From: a virus
Taxonomy: Duplodnaviria > Caudoviricetes
Reading direction: 5' to 3' (one strand)
IMG/VR virus record: IMGVR_UViG_3300042154_002208
Length of the DNA stretch: 64,000 bases
In this document: one piece after another, positions 53,365-62,829 of the stretch
How the letters are laid out: each line of letters starts with the position of its first letter
How positions within the stretch are numbered: position 1 is the first letter of the stretch
The notes under the pieces: model-generated
Seen by the model: the letters and a program-made list of their open reading frames with translations, nothing else
The model's database searches: none
What the model was told of the DNA's origin: nothing
Translations under genes and position numbers: made by a program

Positions 53365-55057
53365 ACAAATATCATATAACGGCAATCCCAATCTTAAACC
53401 GATAGGAATTGTTGAATCCTACAGCGCAGAGCAAGTTAAAGAACTTATGCGTTGTATGCAGGATCCTATCTATTTTATTGAGAACTACTGTAAGATCGTT
53501 TCTCTTGATTACGGACTTGTACCATTTAAATTATATGAGTGTCAAAAAGAAAAAGTACACGTAATACTTAATAATCGTAAAGTTATTCTGATGGAAGGTC
53601 GCCAGCAGGGCAAGACCATCACTTCTGCAGCATGTATTCTTTGGTATACGTTATTTCAAGAAAATAAAACCGTTGCTATTCTGGCAAATAAATCGTCGGC
53701 AGCTCGAGAGGTTCTTTCTCGATACGAATTAATGTATGAGATGCTTCCTATGTGGATGCAACAAGGTGTCAAGACATTCAACAAGGGCGACATTGAACTT
53801 GAAAATGGATCTAAAGTATTTACGTCAGCTACCAGCTCATCGGGTATTCGAGGTAAATCTGTAAACTGGTTGTATATTGACGAAGCAGCAATTATTCCTA
53901 ATAATGTTGCAGAACAATTTTTCACATCTGTTTACCCTACAATTTCTGCAGGACAAACAACAAAGATTCTTCTTACATCTACACCGTTGGGATATAACCA
54001 CTTTTGGAAATTCTGGAATGAAGCAGAGCAAGGATTAAACGGGTTTGTCCCGTTGTTTATTCCTTACAACAGAATTCCGGGTAGAGATGAGAAATGGGCG
54101 GCAGAACAAAAATCTATGCTTGGCGAACTAAAGTTCAACCAAGAGGTTTTATGCAGATTCTTAGGTTCATCTAATACTCTTATTAATCCCGACACAATTT
54201 CTCAGATGTCTACTCGTCAATTCGTTTATACGAAAGACGGCTTAGATATACTAGAAGAACCAATTAGAGCGACTAAGAAAGATGATGGAACTTACGAGGG
54301 ACAAGATCATATCTATATGCTTGTCGCGGACACCTCGCGAGGCGTTGGGGGAGATTACTCAGCATTTGCGGTTATAGACATTACTGCATATCCATACAAA
54401 GTGGTTGCAAAGTATAGAAGTAACAGAATCAGTCCGTTGATGTTTCCTAATGTAATATATAAAGTAGCAAAAGATTATAATAAAGCTTACTGTTTAGTTG
54501 AGATTAACGATAACGGACAGCAAGTAGCGGATTCGTTGTATATGGATTTAGAATACGAAAATGTATTTTTTGTGGGAAGTAACAGCAAAACGGGACAATA
54601 CTTGTCTGGCGGATTTACCCATGGGGCGACTCTTGGTGTTAGAACTACTAAACAAGTTAAAAGATTGGGATGTACGTCATTTAAGAGTTTGGTAGAAGCT
54701 ACGAAACTATTAATTCACGATGCAGAAATTATTGAGGAAATATCTACATTTATTGAAGTTCGAGGAACCCACAAAGCAGATGAAGGATACCATGACGATT
54801 TGGTCATGTGTTTGGTCTTATTCTCTTGGGCAACAAACGAACCATTCTTTAAGGATTTGACAGACACAAATCTTAGAAAAGTATTATACGAAGATCAATT
54901 TAAACAGATTGAGGAAAATCTTACACCGTTTGGAATTGTTAACGATGGATTACCGGAAAGAGCACAACCCGAAGTTATCGATTCTGATTTATGGTGGAAT
55001 CAGGACCCTGAAGCAGAAATGAAAAAGATGAAAAGAAATTGGTTGGAAAATGTCTAA
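53354..55057 (+). CDS. gp17: terminase large subunit gp17 (TTG start)
   Basis: YNGNPNLK, Walker A GRQQGKT, LYIDEAA, STPLG, DDLVMCL. Confidence 0.95.
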   Translation: MSNKQISYNGNPNLKPIGIVESYSAEQVKELMRCMQDPIYFIENYCKIVSLDYGLVPFKLYECQKEKVHVILNNRKVILMEGRQQGKTITSAACILWYTLFQENKTVAILANKSSAAREVLSRYELMYEMLPMWMQQGVKTFNKGDIELENGSKVFTSATSSSGIRGKSVNWLYIDEAAIIPNNVAEQFFTSVYPTISAGQTTKILLTSTPLGYNHFWKFWNEAEQGLNGFVPLFIPYNRIPGRDEKWAAEQKSMLGELKFNQEVLCRFLGSSNTLINPDTISQMSTRQFVYTKDGLDILEEPIRATKKDDGTYEGQDHIYMLVADTSRGVGGDYSAFAVIDITAYPYKVVAKYRSNRISPLMFPNVIYKVAKDYNKAYCLVEINDNGQQVADSLYMDLEYENVFFVGSNSKTGQYLSGGFTHGATLGVRTTKQVKRLGCTSFKSLVEATKLLIHDAEIIEEISTFIEVRGTHKADEGYHDDLVMCLVLFSWATNEPFFKDLTDTNLRKVLYEDQFKQIEENLTPFGIVNDGLPERAQPEVIDSDLWWNQDPEAEMKKMKRNWLENV

Positions 55058-55068
55058 AAAGAGATACT

Positions 55069-55076
55069 TATAAATA
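55069..55076 (+). promoter_or_regulatory. T4 late promoter (gp18)
   Basis: TATAAATA. Confidence 0.85.
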
Positions 55077-55129
55077 AATAGTAATCAATAGTTATATTGG
55101 ACTATCTATAAAATCTTAAGGAGAATAAG

Positions 55130-56851
55130 ATGGCATTTCAGCTTTCACCTGGCGTACTAGTACAAGAAAAGGATCTATCTGCGATAGTGCCTGCTGTTGC
55201 TACATCCGCTGGCGCATTCGCTGGCGCCTTTCAATGGGGACCTGTTGGGCAAGTTACCACCGTCGATTCTGAGAATAATTTGGTTAAGTTTTTCGGCGGG
55301 CCTACTGACGAAACTTATACATCATTTTATACTGCAGCTAACTTTTTATCATACGGTAATAACTTACAACTAGTTCGTGTTGTTAACGAAGGAGCCGCGA
55401 AAAACGCAATTGCAAACGCAAGCGCAACCGCAATTTTAATTAAAAATGAAGATGACTTTTTAAACGGTGCATATTCGGCAGGCGGGTTAGGCCGCGGCGA
55501 ATTTGCTGCAAAATACCCAGGTAATCTAGGTAACTCTTTAAAGGTTGTTTTAGTAGATGCAAACACATTTGCAACTACCGCAGTTACTCCTAATATTATA
55601 GGACAATTTGACAGTTCTCCAGGAACGTCAACATATGCAACTTCAGTTGGCGCAACGAATGATGAAGTTCACGTTCTCGTTATTGACGAAGACGGATTAT
55701 GGTCTGGCGGTACACGCAACTCAGTATTAGAAAAATTCGCATTTTTGTCAAAAGCATCAGATGCTAAGAATACTAACGGTTCTTCCAATTACTATAGAGA
55801 TGTAATTAATACATCTTCAGAATATGTTTGGTCTATAGATCATCCAACAGGCATGACATCTGGCGCAAACGCGTGGGGAACTGCAGCAATATCAGGTAAG
55901 GCATTTACTTCTTTATCCACCGGTGTAGCCGCATCCTTGTCTCTAGGTGTTTCTGCAGAGACTACCATAAGTAATGGCAATGTTATTGCCGGATTTGATT
56001 TATTCTCCAATGACGAGCAGTTCGATGTTAGTTTAATTCCTGCAGGTCCATGGAGTAACACCACCGTTGTTAGTAGTTTAGTAGCGCTTGCAGAAGACAG
56101 AAAAGATTGTATGGTATTCTTATCACCTGAGTTATCAGATGTGGTAGGCGTTACTCCTTCTCAACAACCAATTAATGTTGTAGATTATAGAAATAATCAG
56201 ATCTCTGTAAATTCTAGCTATGCTGAAATGGATTCCGGATGGAAATATCAGTATGACCGTTACAACGACAAATATCGTTGGGTCCCATTAAATGGCGACG
56301 TTGCCGGTCTATGCGCAAGAACAGATTTCGTAGCAGATCCATGGTTCAGCCCTAGTGGTTACAATCGCGGCCAAATCAGAAATGTTGTTAAATTAGCTTT
56401 TAGTCCAGGTAAAACTGACAGAGATACGTTATACAAAGCAGGTATTAATCCTGTAGTAACATTCCCAGGTCAAGGTACTATATTGTTTGGCGACAAAACA
56501 ATGCAGTCGAAACCAAGCGCATTTGATAGAATCAATGTTCGTAGATTGTTTATCGTATTGGAAAAAGCAGTTGCTACAGCCGCAAAATTCCAGTTGTTTG
56601 AATTTAACGATCAATTCACACGTGCTCAATTTAGAAATCTAGTTGAACCATTCTTAAGAGATGTTCAAGGTCGTCGTGGTATTACAGACTTCAAAGTTGT
56701 TTGTGATGAAACAAACAATACTGGTGACGTGATTGATAGAAATGAATTTAGAGCTGACATTTTTGTTAAGCCTGCTCGTTCTATTAATTTTATAACATTG
56801 ACATTTGTCGCCACAAGATCAAGTATTTCTTTCGAAGAAGTCGGCGCTTAA
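55130..56851 (+). CDS. gp18: tail sheath protein gp18
   Basis: LSPGVLVQEKD, WFSPSGYNRG, SAFDRINVRRLF, PARSINFI. Confidence 0.95.
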   Translation: MAFQLSPGVLVQEKDLSAIVPAVATSAGAFAGAFQWGPVGQVTTVDSENNLVKFFGGPTDETYTSFYTAANFLSYGNNLQLVRVVNEGAAKNAIANASATAILIKNEDDFLNGAYSAGGLGRGEFAAKYPGNLGNSLKVVLVDANTFATTAVTPNIIGQFDSSPGTSTYATSVGATNDEVHVLVIDEDGLWSGGTRNSVLEKFAFLSKASDAKNTNGSSNYYRDVINTSSEYVWSIDHPTGMTSGANAWGTAAISGKAFTSLSTGVAASLSLGVSAETTISNGNVIAGFDLFSNDEQFDVSLIPAGPWSNTTVVSSLVALAEDRKDCMVFLSPELSDVVGVTPSQQPINVVDYRNNQISVNSSYAEMDSGWKYQYDRYNDKYRWVPLNGDVAGLCARTDFVADPWFSPSGYNRGQIRNVVKLAFSPGKTDRDTLYKAGINPVVTFPGQGTILFGDKTMQSKPSAFDRINVRRLFIVLEKAVATAAKFQLFEFNDQFTRAQFRNLVEPFLRDVQGRRGITDFKVVCDETNNTGDVIDRNEFRADIFVKPARSINFITLTFVATRSSISFEEVGA

Positions 56852-56866
56852 TACCGGAGAAAATAA

Positions 56867-57463
56867 ATGGCAAGCAATTTTAGAATAGATCAATTTAAAA
56901 CGCAACTTAAGAACGGCGGAGCTCGTCCTAATCAATTCCAGGTTAGAATTGGGTTCCCGGCTTATGTTCAAAACGACAGACAACTATTAGAATCTAGTAG
57001 TTTCTTAGTTACAGTAGCAGAACTTCCAGGCCAGACCATAGGTACCACCCCGGTATTTTATAGAGGCAGAGAAGTTAAACTGGCTGGCGATAAAGTATTC
57101 GCACCTTTCCAATGCACAATTTTAAACGACACAGATTTTAAACTAAGAAATGGTATAGAAGAGTGGATGAATGGAATTGAGAACATGGGACTAAAAACTG
57201 GTTTTACTAATCCTAATGCATATCAGTCAATCATTGATGTTATGCAATTGGATAGAAATGGCGCAACTTTAAGATCATACAAAATGCTAGGTGCATTTCC
57301 AGTGGATATTTCTCCTGTTGGATTGGACTTTAGTGCAAACGATCAATTATCTACATTTACAGTTTCGTTCCAATACCAACACTTTGAGTATGGTTTAAGA
57401 GCAGCTGATAGTGTGGCCGCTTCTACACTAATAGCAGGAACAGTGGCTGGATTGACTGTTTAA
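56867..57463 (+). CDS. gp19: tail tube protein gp19
   Basis: GGARPNQF, YRGREVKLAGD, LGAFP, FTVSFQYQ. Confidence 0.93.
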   Translation: MASNFRIDQFKTQLKNGGARPNQFQVRIGFPAYVQNDRQLLESSSFLVTVAELPGQTIGTTPVFYRGREVKLAGDKVFAPFQCTILNDTDFKLRNGIEEWMNGIENMGLKTGFTNPNAYQSIIDVMQLDRNGATLRSYKMLGAFPVDISPVGLDFSANDQLSTFTVSFQYQHFEYGLRAADSVAASTLIAGTVAGLTV

Positions 57464-57481
57464 TTTTTTGGAATTTAAATA

Positions 57482-59029
57482 ATGGCAATTAATTTATTTG
57501 GCTATACAATTAGCCGTGACGATGTAAATGATATTAACACGGTGGCGCGGAATCAATCTTTCGTGCCACCTGTTACTGACGATGGAACAGCAACCGTACA
57601 GGGTGGAGGCCATTTTGGTACTTATCTTAATATGGATGCTACTGCAAAGTCTGAATCTGAGTTAATTACTCGATACAGAGAAGCATCTATGTATGCAGAT
57701 TGTTCCAGCGCAATTGATGAAATTGTTACTGAAGCAATTGCGGCGGTAGAAGATGAAGCTGCAGTACAAATTAATATTGATGGATTAGATTTACCTGACA
57801 ACATTAAAACAGCAATTACGGAACAGTTTAATACTGTTGTGCGATTGCTTGACTTTAATATGAAGGGCTTTGATATATTCCGCAGTTGGTATATTGACGG
57901 AAGAATATATTATCAAAAAATTATTGATACTAAGACTCCTAAAAAGGGAATCTTGGAATTAAGAAAAATTGACCCAAGAAAGATTCGTAAAGTCCGAGAA
58001 GTTAAAAAGGATAAAGATCAGAAAACGGGTGTTGATTTAATTAAGTCAATTGAGGAATATTTTATCTATAGCGAAAAAGGGATTAACTATAATCCCAATT
58101 ATCAAACTTCAGTTTCTGGTACAAATCAGGGATTAAAGGTTGCTATAGATTCTATAGCATATGTTCCTTCTGGTTTAAATGATTCGGAACAAAATGTAGT
58201 TTTAAGTTATTTACATAAGGCTATTAAGCCGGTTAACCAACTTAAAATGATGGAAGACGCGTTGGTCATTTATAGACTTGCTCGTGCTCCAGAACGAAGA
58301 ATATTTTATATTGATGTGGGCAATTTGCCCAAATTAAAAGCTGAACAATATCTAAAAGATATTATGGCTCGTTATAGAAACAAGATTGTTTATGATTCTG
58401 CCACTGGCGAAATTAGAGATGATCGTAAATTTATGTCAATGTTGGAAGATTTTTGGTTGCCTCGTAGAGAAGGCGGCAGAGGGACTGAAATTACTACTTT
58501 GCCCGGTGGTGAAAACTTAGGTCAAATTGAAGACATAGTTTATTTTCAGAATAAGTTATATCAGGCATTGAATGTTCCTTTATCAAGAATGCAACCTCAA
58601 CAGGGCATTTCATTTGGTAGAGCAACGGAGATTACTAGAGATGAATTAAAGTTTGCTAAATTTGTTGGCAGACTGCGTAAGAAGTTTAGTGAATTGTTTA
58701 ATGATGTTCTTAAAACACAACTGATCTTAACAGGTGTTATAACCGACCAAGATTGGGATGAGATTAAAGAAAAAATACAATATAAGTTTGCACAAGATCA
58801 ATATTTTGAGGAAATGAAAAATTCCGAAAATCTTCGCAACCGCGTAGATATTATTAATCAGATGCAACCGTATGTTGGTACTTATTTTAGTAAGCAATAT
58901 ATAATGAAAAATGTGTTAAGAATGACTGATGAAGAAATTGGGCAGATGGAAGAACAGATTGAATCTGAACCTTCACCTACATTGGGCGCTGGCGGGCAAC
59001 CTCTAGATGCTATAAATAATCAACAGTAA
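57482..59029 (+). CDS. gp20: portal vertex protein gp20
   Basis: WYIDGR, RAPERRIFYIDVGNLP, WLPRREGGRGTEITTLPGG. Confidence 0.96.
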   Translation: MAINLFGYTISRDDVNDINTVARNQSFVPPVTDDGTATVQGGGHFGTYLNMDATAKSESELITRYREASMYADCSSAIDEIVTEAIAAVEDEAAVQINIDGLDLPDNIKTAITEQFNTVVRLLDFNMKGFDIFRSWYIDGRIYYQKIIDTKTPKKGILELRKIDPRKIRKVREVKKDKDQKTGVDLIKSIEEYFIYSEKGINYNPNYQTSVSGTNQGLKVAIDSIAYVPSGLNDSEQNVVLSYLHKAIKPVNQLKMMEDALVIYRLARAPERRIFYIDVGNLPKLKAEQYLKDIMARYRNKIVYDSATGEIRDDRKFMSMLEDFWLPRREGGRGTEITTLPGGENLGQIEDIVYFQNKLYQALNVPLSRMQPQQGISFGRATEITRDELKFAKFVGRLRKKFSELFNDVLKTQLILTGVITDQDWDEIKEKIQYKFAQDQYFEEMKNSENLRNRVDIINQMQPYVGTYFSKQYIMKNVLRMTDEEIGQMEEQIESEPSPTLGAGGQPLDAINNQQ

Positions 59030-59037
59030 GGAAAATT

Positions 59038-59220
59038 ATGGAAACTACAGCAACGCTTAGAAACATGGTAGATGATATTTTAGCTGATCGTTCAAACGAT
59101 GCAGTTAATCAATTTAATGCAGCAATGGGATTTAAATTATCCAATGCATTAGATACAAAGAAACAAGAAATAGCAGCTTCAATCGGACAAAAAGAAGAAC
59201 AAGAAAATGAAGAAGTTTAA
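59038..59220 (+). CDS. small prohead core protein (gp67-like)
   Basis: Position after the portal; size; acidic C-terminus. Confidence 0.65.
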   Translation: METTATLRNMVDDILADRSNDAVNQFNAAMGFKLSNALDTKKQEIAASIGQKEEQENEEV

Positions 59221-60541
59221 TCAAATAAGATTAGATTTAATAGAAAAAACTCTTACTCCCGCTGAAAAGAAAAAGCGAGAGGAAATTGCTATGGCCATGG
59301 AGCGTGAGAATCCAGGTATGGACATGGGCAAAAAGATGGCTATTGCTACAGCAGCCGCTAAAAGAGTTGCTGAAGAAAATCTTGATGAAATATCAACAAA
59401 GATTTTAGCTAAAGCTGCTAAGTCAGCATCGGATCCTGATTCTGATTATTACTATGGTAAGTCACACGATCCTCAAAAATTTGCAGACCATGCCAAAAAG
59501 ACTAAAGATGCAAAATCTGCGGCCGCTGTTCAAGGTGCTGCTGATGCTAAAAGTCACTATGCAAGACCAGGTCATACACTTGGAAGTTATGATAAACTTG
59601 CACACAGAACTCCTGCTCGTGTAACTAGCACCGGAAAAGCAAATAAACAAGATGTTAAAACTTTAAAAGGTAACATCCAAAGAAATGAAGAAGTTACAAC
59701 AACTCGCGAAGATCCGTTAGTAGTTACAAAAGACTCAGAAGGTAATATTCATACTCACGCTAATTTATCTGTTGCCAATGCTATTCACGGTACAAATGTT
59801 AAGCATCAAGCTATTCATACAGGTATGCCTGTACAAGCTGGTAAATTTACATTTGAGCTATCAAAGCATCACGCTTCACAAGTTAAAGAAGCCAAAGAAA
59901 AAACAGAATATGATTACGAAGGCGATATGGCCCGTGGTCAATTACAAAGTATTATCATGAATGCTCAAAGAGTCCATGATATGCTAGAAGACAATGATAA
60001 TCTTCCTGAGTGGGTACAATCAAAAATCACGCTTGCAGAAGATTATATTTCAACAGTTTCAAACTATATGTCAAGTGAAATAGATGAAGCTGCAATAAAC
60101 GAATTATCAAAAGATACATTACGTGATTATATGGTAGCTGGTCATAAGAAATTTGACAGTATACGAAATAATACAGATGCAGCCTCAATGGCTAAAAAAG
60201 CTAAATTAGATAAAGGCGGCAAAGCTGCTTACGCTAAAAGGTATCCAAAGCCTGCAAGTACACCTGCTCCCAAAGCAGACCCCAATAGCAGAGGATATGA
60301 AAAAGGTCGTTATATGGGTGATAGCGTTGAACAAGATGACGAAAAACAAATTGATGAATTAAAATCAACTACATATCAATCGTATGTGAATAGAGTTGCA
60401 GATCCCAAAATTGCTTCAAAGCGGGGTAACACGCAAAAAGGTGTACCTAAAAGCATTAAAGCAATTGGTAGCGTAACTAAAGCTATTGGTAAACAAAATT
60501 TTGCTGCAAGACTAGCGTCTGCTGCATCTAAAAACTTTTAA
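59207..60541 (+). CDS. prohead core / internal head protein with repeated (L/I)xE motifs
   Basis: Position in the head cluster; LDEISTK, INELSKD and IDELKST repeats. Confidence 0.65.
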   Translation: MKKFNQIRLDLIEKTLTPAEKKKREEIAMAMERENPGMDMGKKMAIATAAAKRVAEENLDEISTKILAKAAKSASDPDSDYYYGKSHDPQKFADHAKKTKDAKSAAAVQGAADAKSHYARPGHTLGSYDKLAHRTPARVTSTGKANKQDVKTLKGNIQRNEEVTTTREDPLVVTKDSEGNIHTHANLSVANAIHGTNVKHQAIHTGMPVQAGKFTFELSKHHASQVKEAKEKTEYDYEGDMARGQLQSIIMNAQRVHDMLEDNDNLPEWVQSKITLAEDYISTVSNYMSSEIDEAAINELSKDTLRDYMVAGHKKFDSIRNNTDAASMAKKAKLDKGGKAAYAKRYPKPASTPAPKADPNSRGYEKGRYMGDSVEQDDEKQIDELKSTTYQSYVNRVADPKIASKRGNTQKGVPKSIKAIGSVTKAIGKQNFAARLASAASKNF

Positions 60542-60550
60542 GAGGCACAA

Positions 60551-60955
60551 ATGGCTGTCACAAAAACGGTAATTAAAAAAGTTAGACAACAGGCGGTTGT
60601 TAAATTTGTCGGCGACGGTCAGGCCAACGTTGATTTAAATTCTGATTTGGCTTTAGCGGATGAAACTTTTTTAGGTTACGCTAATACTAATGTTACAATT
60701 ACAGGCATGGTTTGGTCTGCATCCGATTCAGTTGCATCCCCCATTGTTATTAAAAGACCACATACTGCAGCTGCAAATACATTGATATTGTTTGGTAATG
60801 ACAATTGGTCCTTAACACAAATGTTTGGATTTGCTGATAATGCAAATTCTAGTTCTAATATACATATTGTAATGCCACCAGCTGGCGGAACATTATATTT
60901 AACATTGACAAAGAAAAACGGGTATCAAGAACCCGATCAACAAACTAAAGTATAA
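60551..60955 (+). CDS. hypothetical head-cluster protein
   Basis: 134 aa, SD GAGG. Confidence 0.7.
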   Translation: MAVTKTVIKKVRQQAVVKFVGDGQANVDLNSDLALADETFLGYANTNVTITGMVWSASDSVASPIVIKRPHTAAANTLILFGNDNWSLTQMFGFADNANSSSNIHIVMPPAGGTLYLTLTKKNGYQEPDQQTKV

Positions 60956-60968
60956 TAGGTAGATAAAA

Positions 60969-61619
60969 ATGCGTTTAATTACAGAAGTCGTACAAGACCT
61001 ACAATATCTTGAAGAAGATAAAAAAGGTGGCGGTAAGAATGTTTTCATCGAAGGCATTTTTATGCAGGCAGACCAATCCAACAGAAATGGTAGAATGTAT
61101 CCCATGGCTGTTATGGAAAAAGAAGTTGCTCGATATCAAAAATTAATTGATGAGAAACGTTCCTTGGGAGAATTGGGTCATCCTGCTAACCCAACACTTA
61201 ATTTAGATAAAGTATCTCACCTAATTACAAGCCTTCGTTTTGAAGGTAAAAATGTAATTGGTAAAGCAAAGATTTTAGAAACACCAATGGGTAACATTGC
61301 TCGCAATTTGATTGAGAACGAAATAATGTTGGGAGTTTCATCTAGAGGTTTAGGATCATTAAAACTCAATAAAGAGGGTGTTAATGAAGTACAGGATGAT
61401 TTTCATCTTGCGACTGTAGATATTGTCGCAGATCCGTCAGCACATGATGCCTATGTTCAAGGCATTTATGAGTCTGCAGAATGGGTTTGCGAAAACGGAG
61501 TTTGGAAAGCGATTGACGTCGAACGAGCGCAACAAACATTAAAGAAGGCATCTAAAGCTAATCTCGAAGAGACAAAATTAAAGATGTTTGAAGAGTTTAT
61601 ATCTAGATTATCTAGATAA
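60969..61619 (+). CDS. gp21: prohead protease gp21
   Basis: MRLITE, NRNGRMYP, GELGHP, GVSSRGLGS, DIVADPS. Confidence 0.95.
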   Translation: MRLITEVVQDLQYLEEDKKGGGKNVFIEGIFMQADQSNRNGRMYPMAVMEKEVARYQKLIDEKRSLGELGHPANPTLNLDKVSHLITSLRFEGKNVIGKAKILETPMGNIARNLIENEIMLGVSSRGLGSLKLNKEGVNEVQDDFHLATVDIVADPSAHDAYVQGIYESAEWVCENGVWKAIDVERAQQTLKKASKANLEETKLKMFEEFISRLSR

Positions 61620-61626
61620 CCAAACT

Positions 61627-61634
61627 TATAAATA
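61627..61634 (+). promoter_or_regulatory. T4 late promoter (gp22-gp23)
   Basis: TATAAATA. Confidence 0.85.
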
Positions 61635-61663
61635 ATTAAGAACAATCCATTTAGGAGACACTA

Positions 61664-62800
61664 ATGTCAGTAGAAAGCAAAATTAAAGAATTGCTAGAGC
61701 GTGTAGATGCTAAAGCAAGTCTTGAAGAGGCTGATATGATGGGCGCAACCGGCGTCAACAAAGACAGCACTATCAAGCCAGCGAATAGCGGCGATGCAAC
61801 AAACCCAAAACAGGGCGACTCACAGGACGCTTCTTACGAAGTACGTGATGAGAAGGAAGAGAATCAAGGTGCCAAAGTTTCTGGTAATGTTAAGAAAAAT
61901 ACATTAACACAGTCTGGCCCTGGTGCTGCTCCTAATTTCACTACTACGACAGATCCTACTTCTGTTGTTGGTCAATCCACTTCTGCAGGAATGCGCGAAG
62001 AAGATGAGACAGCCGACGATACAGACGTTGTAGCTGAAGATGAATATGAAGTTGTAGCAGCCCCTGCCGCAATTGATCTATCACCAATCTTTGGTGACGA
62101 TCTTTCAGAAGAATTCAAAGAGAAGGCCACCTCTATTTTCGAAGCAGCAGTTATTGCTCGCGTTAATGCGGAAATGGACAAAGTAACTTCTTCTCTAGAA
62201 GAAAAGTATGCAGCTGATGTAGCTGACTACAAAGAAGGTATTGTTGAGAAAATTGACTCGTATCTAAACTATGTGGTTGAAAACTACATTAAAGATAACG
62301 AATTAGCCATTGAGAATGGTCTTCGCACAGAGATTGCAGAAGACTTCATGGCAGGACTAAAGGTATTATTCAAAGAACACTACATTGAAGTACCTGAAGA
62401 AAAATATGATGTAATCGGTGAACTACAAGCCAAGGCAGAAGAACTAGAAGCAAAACTAGACGAAGCTATTGGTCACAATGTAGACCTTAACAAAGAAGTC
62501 ACTTCTTTAAAGCGAATTGCAGTTGTCGAAGAACTGTCCAAAGATCTAGCTGATACAGAAGCAGCTAAATTAGGTAAGCTTTTAGAGGGTGTTGATTTTG
62601 AGAATGAAGATCTATATAGAGAGAAAGTTTCTGTTATTAAGGAAAATTATTTCCCTAAGAAACAATTAACAGAATCTAAACAGGCTTCACAAGTTCAACA
62701 AACTTTAATTGAAGACACTGGCGTTGCACCTGATTACACAGGTGACACCGTAGTCAACGCATACGCGCAAGCGCTTTCAAGAACAATCAAAAGAGCGTAA
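61664..62800 (+). CDS. gp22: prohead core scaffold protein gp22
   Basis: LSEEFKEKATSIFEAAV, YLNYVVE, GLKVLFKEHYIEVPEEK. Confidence 0.92.
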   Translation: MSVESKIKELLERVDAKASLEEADMMGATGVNKDSTIKPANSGDATNPKQGDSQDASYEVRDEKEENQGAKVSGNVKKNTLTQSGPGAAPNFTTTTDPTSVVGQSTSAGMREEDETADDTDVVAEDEYEVVAAPAAIDLSPIFGDDLSEEFKEKATSIFEAAVIARVNAEMDKVTSSLEEKYAADVADYKEGIVEKIDSYLNYVVENYIKDNELAIENGLRTEIAEDFMAGLKVLFKEHYIEVPEEKYDVIGELQAKAEELEAKLDEAIGHNVDLNKEVTSLKRIAVVEELSKDLADTEAAKLGKLLEGVDFENEDLYREKVSVIKENYFPKKQLTESKQASQVQQTLIEDTGVAPDYTGDTVVNAYAQALSRTIKRA

Positions 62801-62829
62801 TTTTTACGTTATCCATCAAGGAGAAAAAA

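Noticed and set aside
53354-59029. Introns or inteins in terminase, sheath or portal (frequent T4-like insertion sites)
   Set aside because: The ORFs are continuous with normal lengths, and no intein or homing endonuclease motifs were seen.
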